Assembly: GCA_963734495.1 (NCBI GenBank)
Contig: CAVTHK010000001.1
Span: 192,001 to 256,000, forward strand
Length of the DNA stretch: 64,000 nt
Source: an uncultured Spirochaetota bacterium
GTDB lineage: Bacteria; Spirochaetota; Spirochaetia; SZUA-6; CAVTHK01
Reading direction: 5' to 3'
In this document: piece after piece, positions 42,928-53,487 of the stretch
Layout: the number at the start of each line of letters is the position of its first letter
Position numbering within the stretch: position 1 is the first letter of the stretch
Made by a program: the position numbers and the translations under genes
The notes under the pieces: generated by a model
What the model was told of the DNA's origin: nothing
The model's database searches: none
The model's input: the letters and a program-made list of their open reading frames with translations, nothing else

Positions 42928-44911
42928 CTACTTCAGCTTCACCTTCGAGCCTGCCCTGAGATAGACCGGGATGCGGTCGAGCGGCGCGTCGGCCTCGAGC
43001 CACTTGCCCGACGCGACCGCCTTGCCGCTCCACGCATCGACCCACGAAGCGCCCGCAGGCAGCCACACCTTGCGGCCGCGAGCGCCCTTGTCCAGCACAG
43101 GCGCGACGAGGATGTCCGGGCCGAAGAGGAACTCGTCCTCGATGCTCCAGCACTCGCTCTCGTCGGGATAGTCGAAGAACAGCGGCCGCATGGGAGGCGT
43201 GCCCTTTTCGGACGCGGCCTTCATCTGCTCCATGATGTAGGGCCTGAGGCGCTCGCGCGTCTCGAGCAGCCCCTTCACGATGCCGTAGACCTCGTCGCCG
43301 TACGACCACACCTCGTTGGGCGCCCCGGTGGAGCCCGCGCCGCCGGTGGTGCGCGGCTCGCGCACGCCGTGCAGGCGGAACAGCGGGCAGAAGAGGCCCC
43401 ACTGGAACCAGCGCACGAAGAGCTCGCGGAACTCGGGGTCGTCGGGCTTGCCGCCGTAGAAGCCGCCGATGTCGGTGGTCCACCACGGGATGCCGCTCAT
43501 CATGATGTTGAGGCCGGCGCGCACCTGGCTGCGCAGCGTCTGCCACGTCGACGGGATGTCGCCGGACCAGATGGCCGCACCGAAGCGCTGGCTGCCCGCC
43601 CAGCCCGAGCGGCAGAGGTTCACGATCTCGGCCTGCCCGGCCGCCCGCATGTGCTCGTAGAACCCCTGCTCGTGCAGCATCGGGTAGATGCAGGCGACTT
43701 CGGCGCCCGTGCCCGCGGCGAAGCGCATGTTCGCGAAGTCCCACGGGTAGATCTCCGGCTCGCACGCGTCGAGCCAGAAGATGCGCACGCCCTTGTCCCA
43801 GTAGCTCGCCTTGACCCTGTTCCATACGTGATCGCGCGCCTCGGGGTTCGTCGAGTCGTAGTAGTGGACGTAGGCGGGCCGTTCCTCGTAGGTGTCCACA
43901 AAGGGAAAGATGGCGTCGACGCCGTGATTGGTGCCGATGAGCCAGCCGCTTCGCCTTCATCTCCCTGCCGTTCTCTCCCTTGACGTTGACGCTCGGCCAC
44001 ACCGAGACCATGAGCTTGACGCCCATCGACTCGAGCTCGCGGATCATCGCGGCCGGGTCAGGCCAGCACTTCGGGTCCCACGCCCAGTCGCCCTGGCGGG
44101 TCCAGTGGAAATAGTCGACGACGATGACGGACAGCGGCAGCTTGCGCTTCCTGTACTCGCGCGCCACCTCGAGCAGCTCCTCCTGCGTGCGGTAGCGCAG
44201 CTTGCACTGCCAGAAGCCCGCGGCGTACTCGGGGAGCATCGGCGCGTGGCCCGTCGTGTCGGCGTAGCGCTCCATGATCGCCGCGGGGCTCGCGCCGGTC
44301 ATCACGACGTAGTCGATCTGGCGCGTCGCGTCCGCGACCCAGCGCGTCATGCTGGTGCCGAGCTCCACGCGCCCGACCGCGGGGTTGTTCCAGAGAAAGC
44401 CATAGCCCCGGGAGGACAAGGTGAAGGGGATCGTGACCTCCGCGTTTCTCTGCTCCAGGTCGATGACCGCGCCCTTCTGGTCGAGCAGCCCGTGCCTGTG
44501 CTGGCCGAGGCCGTAGAAGCGCTCGCCCGCGTGCGCCGCGAGGCGCAGCTCCGCGCGGAAGAGGTCGCTTTCCAGCGGCGCGAGCTCGCGGCTGGCCGCG
44601 TAGAGCACCGGGGCATCCGCGCGCCAGTCGACCTCCTCGACCAGCGGCTCGGCGGCGCCGGCGCGGAAAAAGCGCACGCGGCCGTAGCTCGAAACGCGCG
44701 CCTCCAGCGTCCCGCTGCGCACCACCGCGCCGTCGCCGCCGATCTCGACCGCGCCCGCTGTGCCGCTTTCGGCCACCAGCGCGCCCGGCACGCTCGCGAA
44801 GTCGCGGTTGGCCGTGGCGCGCACGCGGATGACGTCCGTTCCCCAGGGCTGCACCTCGAGCAGGTGGCGCTCGCCCCTCCAGATCAGCCGGCTGCCCTTC
44901 TTCTCGAACAT
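42928..44911 (-). CDS. GH31 glycoside hydrolase (alpha-xylosidase-like), frameshift near 43945
   Basis: GFWQCKLRY, VDYFHW, FWLDACEPE, WSGDI, PWWTTDIGGF; joins tracked ORFs 42851 and 42928. Confidence 0.9.
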
Positions 44912-44920
44912 GTCCGTCTC

Positions 44921-46042
44921 CTATTCGAACGCCGGGATCTCGACGCGCTCGCCGTTGCGCATCGCGGACTCGTGCGCGCAGATGCCCGCCGCCGTGATGT
45001 TGGCCGCGGTCACCGCGTCCACCAGCGGCTTCCGTCGCTCGGCGATCGCGCTCACGAACTCGTGCACGAGGTGCGGGTGCGAGCCGCGGTGGCCGCCGCC
45101 CTGAAGGAACGAGAGGTGCGGGTTCTTCTCGTCGTAGACGCCCTCGCCTCGTGAAGCGGCGGATCGGCTCCGGCAGCAGGTCCTGGCGGTCGGGCGCCTC
45201 GACGCGCTCGACCTTGATGGGCCGGCCGCGGCCGGGCGCGAGCGGCTCCATCCGGAAGAGCACGGAGCTTCTCCTCCTCGATCTGCTGCCACTCGAACGT
45301 CGTCTTCTCTCCGTAGACGGCGAACGCCTCGGTGTACGCGCGGGCGATGTGGAAGAGCGTGCGCGTCACCTCGGCGGCCACGTCGCTCGAGTCGAAGCGG
45401 AAGATGGCGGTCTCGGCAGGGAACGGGTTGCCGTACTGCGCGTGCAGCTCCTGCCTCATCGCGCCGCTGCCGAGGCAGTGCACGAAGCGCGCGCGCTTTC
45501 CGAGGAGCAGGAACAGCGGCGCCATCGCGTGCGTCGCGTAGTGCATGGGCGGAAGCCCCATCCAGTAGGGCGGCCAGTTCTCCATGTCCTGGTAGTGCGA
45601 GCCGCGCAGGAGCTGGATGCGGCCGATCTCGCCGCGGGCCATCAGGTCGCGCGCCAGGAGGAACTCGCGCGTGTAGGCCGAGGTCTCCATCATCATGTAG
45701 GTGCGGCCGGAGCGCTTCTCGGCCGCGACGATCGCGCGCAGGTCCGCAAGGGTGGTCGCCATCGGCACGGTGCAGGCGCAGTGCTTGCGCGCCTCGAGCA
45801 CGGCGAGGGTCTGCGCCGCGTGCATCGGGATCGGCGTGACCAGGTGCACGGCGTCGATCTCAGGCGAGCGCAGCACCTCGCGCCAGGTCGGTCGCGCGGC
45901 TGTCGATCTCGAAGCGATCGCCGATCGTCTTGAGCGCGGCCGGGTCGGGGTCGACGATGGTCAGCCCGTCGACCAGCGGATGGTGCAGGTAGATCGGCAC
46001 GAACTCGGCGCCGAAGCGCATGCCCGCGACCGCGACGCGCAT
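44921..46042 (-). CDS. Gfo/Idh/MocA-family NAD(P)-dependent oxidoreductase; frameshifts near 45880, 45265, 45150
   Basis: MRVAVAGMRFGAEF, HCACTVPMA, GLPPMHYATH, GGGHRGSHPHLVHEF spread over successive frames. Confidence 0.85.
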
Positions 46043-46045
46043 GGA

Positions 46046-47902
46046 TCACCTCTTCTTCGTCACCGGGAAATACACCGTGTACGGCTCGTCCGTCACCTCG
46101 AAGAGCGGCACGAAGCGGATGCCGTGCTCCTGGCCGACGGTCCGCCAGCCGCCGAGCCAGCGCCACCACTCTTTCTCGTTGTCGGGCACGAGGAAAGTCG
46201 AAGGGTCCTTCGGGTCGCCGACGAGCGTGCGCTCCTCGGCGCACAGGCCCGCGAGCACGACGGGCCCGTCCATGACCGCGACGGTGTCCGGCCGGTCGGG
46301 GAGCGGCGACGCGTGCAGCGCCCGCGGCAGCTCGAGCACGACCCGGTCGTTGTGCCACCGGCGGGAGATTCGGGCGAACCCGGGCGCCTTCGCGTCGACC
46401 GGCGCCTCTGCGCCGTTCACGGTCACCGACGGGCGGCCGCTCGTCCACCAGGGCAGACGCAGCGACAGCGCGAACTCCGCGGGCCTGTCGCAGGACACCT
46501 CGAGGGCGATGCGCCACGCCGGCGGCCTGTGCCACTGCGCCTCGGCAGCGTCGTACGCCCGCCGGTTCTCGTCGCGCAGGCCCGCGGAGTCCAGGTTCAA
46601 GCGGATCGTGACCGCGGACCCGCCGCGGCCGAGCCGGGCCTCGCTCGGGACGTACTGGCTGACGATCACGCCCGCGTCGTCCTCGTACCAGGCATAGGCA
46701 TTGTGCAGCGTGTGCGCCTGCATGAGCGTGCCGTGGCAGCACCAGAAGTCGTGCGTCGGCGAGCCGTAGACCTTGCGCGCTCCCGCCTCCAGCGGCAGGA
46801 AGTAGGCGATCATGCCGGTGCGGGGATGCTGCTGCGCGAGCACGCCGTTGTAGAGGCTGCGCTCGATGTAGTCGGCGTACTCCACCTCGCCGGTCCAGCG
46901 GTAGAGCCAGTCGGCCAGGCGCATCATGTTGTAGACGACGCAGTGCTCCTGGTTGGTGTCGTTGAGCCGGGCCGAGAAGCGGCCCGGCGGCGTCCAGACT
47001 TCACCTGAAGTCTGGCTCCCCGTGGCGAAGACCCCGCGGTCGGTGACCGCCGCCTTCCAGTACGCCTCGACGATGCGCCGCCAGCGCTCCTCGCCCGTGG
47101 CGTCGAACGCCCGCGCCGCGCCGTGGATCTCCGGGATCGTCGTGTTCGCGTGGCGGTTGGTGAGCACGTCCTTGCCTTCGAGCAGCGGCTGAAAGAGCCG
47201 GTTGCGCGTGTAGCGCTCGATGAGCTCCTTGTGCCTCTTGTCGTGCGTGACGCCGTAGAGCGCGGCCCAGATCTCGAGCATGCCGCCGGTCTCGACGTCG
47301 AGGATCTCGTCCATCTGCTCGCGCGTAAAGGTCGCGGCCCAGCGATGAAACCAGCGCGACGTCCGGTCGAGGATCTCGAGCGCCTGCGAGCTCCCGGCGA
47401 GCTCGTGCATGTCCCACAGACCCATGAGCGTCTTGTGGATGGTGTAGTGAGGCGCCCAGATCTGCTGCCCGCGGGCGATGCGGTCGAGGTAGCCCGGCGG
47501 GATCGAGGCGACCCACTCGCCGCCGTTGGCTTCCTGGCACCGGGCCAGCTCGGCCACGATGGCTTCCGCCTTGGCCCGCGCCTCGCCGTCGCCTCCGGCG
47601 GCCAGACGCGCCGCGGCGGAGAGCCAGTGCCCGAGGAAGTGGCCGCGCAGCTGGCAGCTCGGCGACTCCCACCCCCAGTGCAGCGCCTCCTCGCGGCCGA
47701 GCTGGCCGGGGTCGTAGTTTCGGTTGCGCTTCGTCTCGCCGATGCGCGCCTGCCACAGGCCCGCTTCGAGCAGGTGGTTCTGCAGCAGGGCGCCGCTGTC
47801 GAGGCTCATGACGTAGCGGCGGTTGAGATTGAACCTGTCGAGAAAGAGCCCGGGCAGCAGGCTCGTGCGGGCCGGGGCGAGAGGTCGGAATCGTCCGGAC
47901 AT
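46046..47902 (-). CDS. DUF1680-type glycoside hydrolase (GH146/GH127, beta-L-arabinofuranosidase-like), cytoplasmic
   Basis: LRGHFLGHWLS, WAPHYTIHK, HANTTIP, EHCVVYNM, FWCCHGT; AGGAGG RBS. Confidence 0.9.
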   Translation of the reverse strand: MSGRFRPLAPARTSLLPGLFLDRFNLNRRYVMSLDSGALLQNHLLEAGLWQARIGETKRNRNYDPGQLGREEALHWGWESPSCQLRGHFLGHWLSAAARLAAGGDGEARAKAEAIVAELARCQEANGGEWVASIPPGYLDRIARGQQIWAPHYTIHKTLMGLWDMHELAGSSQALEILDRTSRWFHRWAATFTREQMDEILDVETGGMLEIWAALYGVTHDKRHKELIERYTRNRLFQPLLEGKDVLTNRHANTTIPEIHGAARAFDATGEERWRRIVEAYWKAAVTDRGVFATGSQTSGEVWTPPGRFSARLNDTNQEHCVVYNMMRLADWLYRWTGEVEYADYIERSLYNGVLAQQHPRTGMIAYFLPLEAGARKVYGSPTHDFWCCHGTLMQAHTLHNAYAWYEDDAGVIVSQYVPSEARLGRGGSAVTIRLNLDSAGLRDENRRAYDAAEAQWHRPPAWRIALEVSCDRPAEFALSLRLPWWTSGRPSVTVNGAEAPVDAKAPGFARISRRWHNDRVVLELPRALHASPLPDRPDTVAVMDGPVVLAGLCAEERTLVGDPKDPSTFLVPDNEKEWWRWLGGWRTVGQEHGIRFVPLFEVTDEPYTVYFPVTKKR

Positions 47903-47949
47903 GCTTCCTCCTGTCGCAAGAGATTATTGACAACGGGGATGCGCTGTCT

Positions 47950-47988
47950 CAAGATTACGGAAGGTCACAAAAGCAAGACAATTCCGAC
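47950..47988 (-). promoter_or_regulatory. candidate AraC-family activator site overlapping -35 of the leftward operon
   Basis: 27/39 ungapped identity with 48979-49017, same orientation relative to its gene; followed by TTGAGA-18 nt-AATAAT. Confidence 0.65.
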
Positions 47989-48015
47989 CTTCGGGGTGCG
48001 GCGAGAGGGTGCGGC

Positions 48016-48852
48016 ATGAACGAGGGAGAGACGCTGCGGATCGAAAGCCTTTCCGTGCTGGAGCCGCAGAACGCCGGCCTCTTCGTGTCGGCCGGCCACG
48101 GACAGCACGCGACGCGGACGCTCGCGACCTACGAGCTTGTGTTCGTCAGGTCGGGCGAGCTGCAGCTCTTCGAGGAGGAAGACGTCTTTACGGCGCGCAG
48201 GGACCAGACCCTGCTGCTGTGGCCCGGCAGGACCCATGGCGCGACCGGCCCCTTCCCGCGGGACCTGCAGTTCTACTGGATCCACTTCGCTTATCACAGG
48301 CCGCAGAACGGGCGCCGCGACCTCGGCGAGGTCCTCGAGGTGCCCCGGCAGGCGACCCTCGACGGGCCCGAGCGCCTGGCGGAGCTCTACCAGCGGTTCA
48401 TCGCGGACCAGGAGACCGAGAGGCTCACGAAGCTCGAGGCCGCGCTGCTCGTGATGCTCATGCTTTCCGAGGTCGCGCGGGCGACCACCGGCGCCGGGCG
48501 GAGAAGCAATGATTCGGCCCTGGCGGGAGCCGTGCTCCAGCACATCAGCGCCCACTACAACGAATCGATCAGCACCGCCTCGATCGCCGCCCACTTTCAC
48601 TACAACCCCGACTACCTCGGCCGCGCCTTCCGCGAGGCCACCGGCGGGTCGATCACGGACACGATCAACCGCAGGCGCATCAAGGAGGCACGGGCCCTGC
48701 TCGTGGGCGAGCAGATGCGGGTCAGCGAGGTGGCGGACTGCTGCGGCTTCCAGGACGCAGGGTATTTTCGGAAGGTCTTCCGCGCGGTCTGCGGAGTGAC
48801 GCCCCGGCAGTACCGCAACCTCTACAGCCACCACCACATCAACCGGCACTGA
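48016..48852 (+). CDS. AraC-family transcriptional regulator
   Basis: Cupin N-domain (FYWIHF); C-terminal YNPDYLGRAF...CGFQDAGYFRKVF...TPRQYR. Confidence 0.95.
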   Translation: MNEGETLRIESLSVLEPQNAGLFVSAGHGQHATRTLATYELVFVRSGELQLFEEEDVFTARRDQTLLLWPGRTHGATGPFPRDLQFYWIHFAYHRPQNGRRDLGEVLEVPRQATLDGPERLAELYQRFIADQETERLTKLEAALLVMLMLSEVARATTGAGRRSNDSALAGAVLQHISAHYNESISTASIAAHFHYNPDYLGRAFREATGGSITDTINRRRIKEARALLVGEQMRVSEVADCCGFQDAGYFRKVFRAVCGVTPRQYRNLYSHHHINRH

Positions 48853-48978
48853 CGCAAGGCGGGTCCGCGGGCGGGTCGCGGGCGCGCAGGGGTGGCTCCG
48901 ACCGTGGGCCGCCGCGGCGGCGGACCGCCGGGCTGCGGCGAGCGTGCAAGGCCTGCCGTCGCCCGCGGGCGGGCCAAT

Positions 48979-49017
48979 GTCGGAATTATCCTCTTTATGT
49001 GCGGAATCGTGATCTTG
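48979..49017 (+). promoter_or_regulatory. candidate AraC-family activator site overlapping -35 of the rightward operon
   Basis: Matches reverse complement of 47950-47988; CGGAAT repeated at 21-bp spacing; followed by TTGTGG-17 nt-CAAAAT. Confidence 0.65.
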
Positions 49018-49098
49018 TGGCCGGTGGGGTCTGCCTTCAAAATTACTACTGGTCACACAACGACAAGAGCCGGACGTTCGCACACCAGGGAGGCACCC

Positions 49099-51229
49099 GT
49101 GGCAGAGCGCTCTCGAGGGAACACAGCGATCGTCGACACGTCGCGCAGCCCCGCGCGCAAGCTGCTTTCCCTTCCGTTCGATGCCGTGCGCCTCGGCGCA
49201 GGCTTCTGGTCGAGCTGGCGGGCGACCAACCGCCGTCAGGCGCTGCCTTACGGCTACGACAAGCTCGTGTCGAGCGGCGTCATCTCGAACTTCGAAGTCG
49301 CCGGCCGGACGGAAGCAGGGCGCGTTCCAGAACATGCGCTTCGCGGACTCCGACCTGTACAAGTGGCTGGAGGCCGCCGCTTACGAGCTGGCGAACGCCT
49401 ACGACCCGGCGCTGGACCGAAGGGTCGACGACGCCGTCGCGCTCCTGGCGGCCGCCCAGAAGCCGGACGGCTACCTCGACACCTACTATCAGCTCGGCGA
49501 CTACGCGAAGCGCTGGACCAACATCATGCAGGACCACGAGCTGTACTGCGCCGGGCACATGTTCCAGGCAGCCGTGGCCCACTACCGGGCGACCGGCAAG
49601 CGCTCCTTTCTCGACGTGGCCTGCCGCCTGGCGGACCACATCGATTCGGTCTTCGGGCCCGGCCGCAAGGAGGCGGCCCCCGGCCATCCCGAGGTCGAGA
49701 TGGGCCTGGTGGAGCTCTACCGCGCGACCGGGGAGAAGCGCTACCTCGACGTCGCTCGATTCTTCGTGGACACCCGCGGTCGCGGCACCATCGGCGGCTC
49801 GCCCTACTACCAGGATCACGCGCCCGTGCGGGAGGCGCCCGAGATGGCGGGACACGCCGTCCGGCAGGTCTACCTGCTCGCCGGCGTCGCGGACGTCTAC
49901 CTCGAGACCGGCGACAGGAGCCTGCTCGCCGCCTGCGAGCGGCTGTGGCTCGACATGATGGCGCGCAAGACGAGCATCACGGGCGGCATCGGGGCCAGGC
50001 ACGAGCGGGAGAGCTTCGGCGAGAGCTACGAGCTGCCCAACGACCGCGTGTACAACGAGACCTGCGCGCAGATCGGCAGCGTCATGTGGAACTGGCGCCT
50101 CCTGCTCGCCACGGCGGATCCGCGCTACGCCGACCTGATCGAGTGGACGCTGTACAACGGCGTGCTCAGCGGCGTCTCGCTCGACGGCAAGCGCTACTTC
50201 TACCCCAATCCGCTGCTGTCGCGCGGAAGCGTCGAGCGCAGCGAGTGGTTCGCGTGCGCCTGCTGCCCGCCCAACGTGATGCGCACCCTCGCTTCCGTGC
50301 ACAACTACTTCGCCACCTCCACGGAGACGGGGCTTCAGGTGCACCTCTACGACAGATCGGCGATCCGGGCGTCCGTTGCCGGGTCGGAGGTGACGCTCGC
50401 GATCGACACCGCCTACCCGTGGGAGCCGTCGGTGCGCATCACGGTGGAGGCGCCGGGCAAGGGCGAGTGGACGCTCAGCCTCCGCGTCCCGGGCTGGTGC
50501 CGCGGCGCCATGGCGCACATCAACGGGGGAAAGGCCCTCGCCGGCAAGCCCGGCAGCTACCTCGAGATCCGGCGGATGTGGCGGAGCGGCGACGCGGTCG
50601 AGCTCAGGCTGCCGCTCGAGCCGACCTTCCACGAGCCGCACCCGTGGATCGAGGCGGCCCGCGGGTGCGCAGCGCTGACGCGGGGACCGCTAGTATACTG
50701 TTACGAGGAGTGCGACCAGCCGGCCGGCGTCCGGATCCTGGACAGCGCACTCGATGCGACCACGCGGCCGGCCGCGACCTGGCGGCCCGACCTGCTCGGC
50801 GGCGTGGTCACCCTGGCCGCCGGAGGGAGGGTGCTCAACCGGACGGGATGGGACAGGCGCCTCTACCGGGTCTACGGGTCCGGCCCCGGGACGCGAAGCC
50901 GCAAGATCAGCCTCACGGCGATTCCGTACTTCGCCTGGGCCAACCGGGCAAAGGCGCCGATGTCCGTCTGGCTTCCCTCGGCCGACGGCCCCGAGGGAGG
51001 CAGGAAGCAGGCGCGGGCCGCGGCTGCCCCGCAAAGGGAGCCCGCGCGAAAGGCGGCGCGCGCCCCGCGCCGCAGGCCGGGGACGAAGGCGGGAAAGGCC
51101 GCCGCGGCGCGAAAGGCGCCCAGGAAGGCTCCCAGAAAGTCGCCCCCGAAGATCAGAAGCGTCCGCAAAGCCGGCTCGAAGCGGCCGGCTAGGAAAGCAT
51201 CGCGGAAGACCGCGAGGAGGAAAGGATGA
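49099..51229 (+). CDS. GH127 glycoside hydrolase (HypBA1-like) with Lys/Arg/Ala-rich C-terminal tail; frameshift near 49301
   Basis: FADSDLYKWLEA, HELYCAGH, GHAVR, YNETCA, WFACACCPPN, AIPYFAWANR; GGGAGG RBS before GTG 49099. Confidence 0.92.
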
Positions 51230-52500
51230 AGAGACTGCTTTCTCTCTCGATCCTGCTGGCCTTCGTTCTCACCGGTGCGCTCTATGCCGCCGGCGGAACC
51301 GAGAAGCCGGCTGCCGCTGCCGGGCCGATCACGCTCCGCTTCATGGAGCACATCGACCGGATGAACGTGAACCCCAAGATCATGGCGCTCTATGAGCAGA
51401 AGAACCCCAACATCAAGCTGGAGTTCCTGGTCGAGCCGCAGGGCGGCGCGAACTCGGTCCACGACAAGCTGGTGACGATGCTCGCGGCCAAGGACGGCAG
51501 CGTCGACGTGTTCAACACCGACGTGATCTGGCCCCCCGAGATGGCGGCTGCGGGATGGCTGAGACCCTTGAACGACGTCTTCCCCACCGATGAGCAGAAG
51601 AAGCACGTCGCGGCCATGATCGATGCCCAGACCGTCAACGGCAAGATCTACGGCGTGCCCTGGCTCAACGACATCGGGCACCTGTTCTACCGCAAGGATC
51701 TCCTCGACGCCAACGGCATGCAGCCGCCCGACCTCTGGTCCGACCTCGTGCAGATCAGCCAGAAGCTGCAGAACCCGAACCTCATCGGCTACTCGGCCTG
51801 CTTCTTCGCGGACCAGCAGCTCATGTGCAACTACTACGAGTACCTCTACAGCAACAACGGCAAGTTCCTCGACGACACCGGCAAGAAGATCCTGTTCACC
51901 GAGAAGCCGAGCATCGAGGCCGTGCAGTTCATGGCCGACCTCGTCAACAAGTACAAAGTCGTGCAGCCGGGCATCGTCACGATGAGCCTCGACGACGGCC
52001 GCGTGATCTTTACCGAGGGCCGCGCGGTCTTCCACCGCAACTGGAACTACGTGATGGCCCAGGCCCAGAACAGCAAGGACACCAAGGTCAAGGACAAGGT
52101 CGCGACGACCACGGTCCCGCGCTTCGCCAATGGCCCGCACGTCGCGACGCTGGGCGGCTGGAGCTACTCGGTCAACGCCTTCTCGAAGTACGGGACCGAG
52201 GCGGCAAAGCTGGCCGTGTGGCTGGGCAGCGCGGAGATCCAGAAGATCCGCGCCCTCGAGGCCGACCGGACGCCGACGATCCTCTCGCTGCTGTCCGACC
52301 CGGACATCGTCAAGGTGTACCCGGCCTACCCGGCCTGGCAGAAGGAGGCCGACGCGGCGAAGTCGCGGCCCAAGAGCCCGTTCTACACGCAGCTTTCGAC
52401 CATCTTCCAGGCCGAGCTGCAGAACGCGATCCTGCAGAAGAAGACTCCCGAGCAGGCGATGAAGGACGCGGCCGACCAGATGAAGCCCATCCTCCAGTAA
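51226..52500 (+). CDS. CUT1 sugar ABC substrate-binding protein
   Basis: Signal peptide; DVIWPPEMAAAGWL, LFYRKDLL, FHRNWNY, TLGGW, RPKSPFY. Confidence 0.92.
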   Translation: MKRLLSLSILLAFVLTGALYAAGGTEKPAAAAGPITLRFMEHIDRMNVNPKIMALYEQKNPNIKLEFLVEPQGGANSVHDKLVTMLAAKDGSVDVFNTDVIWPPEMAAAGWLRPLNDVFPTDEQKKHVAAMIDAQTVNGKIYGVPWLNDIGHLFYRKDLLDANGMQPPDLWSDLVQISQKLQNPNLIGYSACFFADQQLMCNYYEYLYSNNGKFLDDTGKKILFTEKPSIEAVQFMADLVNKYKVVQPGIVTMSLDDGRVIFTEGRAVFHRNWNYVMAQAQNSKDTKVKDKVATTTVPRFANGPHVATLGGWSYSVNAFSKYGTEAAKLAVWLGSAEIQKIRALEADRTPTILSLLSDPDIVKVYPAYPAWQKEADAAKSRPKSPFYTQLSTIFQAELQNAILQKKTPEQAMKDAADQMKPILQ

Positions 52501-52511
52501 CGATCCCGCCG

Positions 52512-52537
52512 GCGGCAGGGGGGCAGCCCCCTGCCGC
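52512..52537 (+). terminator. stem-loop after the binding-protein gene (no U-tract; likely mRNA stabiliser)
   Basis: GCGGCAGGGGG-GCAG-CCCCCTGCCGC, 11-bp perfect stem. Confidence 0.55.
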
Positions 52538-52563
52538 ATCCCGTTCCCGAGGCGAGGTGCCAG

Positions 52564-53475
52564 ATGCCCGCAGAGAAAAGAGGCCATATCCGCACGGGGG
52601 CGCTGACGCGCAATCAGCTCGGCTACCTCCTGGTGTCGCCCGCCCTGCTGATGATCGCGTTCGTCTCGGTGTACCCCTTCTTCACGACGTTCTGGTACAG
52701 CCTGCACTCGATGAGGCTCAACGTGCCGGCCGCGGGCCAGCCCTTCGTGGGGCTGCAGAACTTCGGGCTCATCTTCGGCCTGGAGCGTTTTCGCAACTCG
52801 CTGAACCTGACGTTCCTGTTCGCGGCCGCCTTTGTCACCTTCGAGATCGTCTTCGGCCTGTTCATCGCCCAGGTGCTCAACTTGAGCTTCGCGGGCCGGG
52901 CGCTGGTGCGCGCCTCGATCCTGATCCCCTGGGCCATGGCCACCGTCATCACGGCGATCCTGTGGCAGTGGATGTACAACGCCGTCTTCGGGGTGGTGAA
53001 CGCGATCTTCCTCGGCCTCGGGATCTCGAAGTCGCCGGTGGATTTCCTCGGCGGCAGCGGGCTGTCAGCGTTCTTCAGCGTCTTCGCCGTGGACGTGTGG
53101 CGCGAGACCCCGTTCGTCGCCATCGTGCTGCTCGCCGGCCTGCAGGGCATCGCTACCGAGCTCTACGAGGCCGCAAAGATAGACGGCGCCGGCCGCATGG
53201 CGTGCTTCTGGAACATCACGCTCCCGCAGCTCAAGCACGCGATGCTCGTCGCCCTGCTCTTCCGGTCGATCAACGCGCTGCGGGCCTTCGACCTGCTCTT
53301 CGTGCTCACGCAGGGCGGGCCCGGCACGTCGACCGAGATCGCGTCGCTGTTCTCATACCGCATCCTGTTCCAGTACCTGGACTTCGGCCGCGGGTCGGCG
53401 GCGAGCGTGGTGCTCGCGTTCTTCACGACCGCCTTGAGCCTGATCTACATCAACGTGATCCAGGTCAAGGATTGA
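52564..53475 (+). CDS. CUT1 sugar ABC permease (MalF/UgpA-like)
   Basis: FVGLQNF, ELYEAAKIDGA EAA loop, TQGGPG. Confidence 0.93.
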   Translation: MPAEKRGHIRTGALTRNQLGYLLVSPALLMIAFVSVYPFFTTFWYSLHSMRLNVPAAGQPFVGLQNFGLIFGLERFRNSLNLTFLFAAAFVTFEIVFGLFIAQVLNLSFAGRALVRASILIPWAMATVITAILWQWMYNAVFGVVNAIFLGLGISKSPVDFLGGSGLSAFFSVFAVDVWRETPFVAIVLLAGLQGIATELYEAAKIDGAGRMACFWNITLPQLKHAMLVALLFRSINALRAFDLLFVLTQGGPGTSTEIASLFSYRILFQYLDFGRGSAASVVLAFFTTALSLIYINVIQVKD

Positions 53476-53487
53476 GGGGGTGATGCG

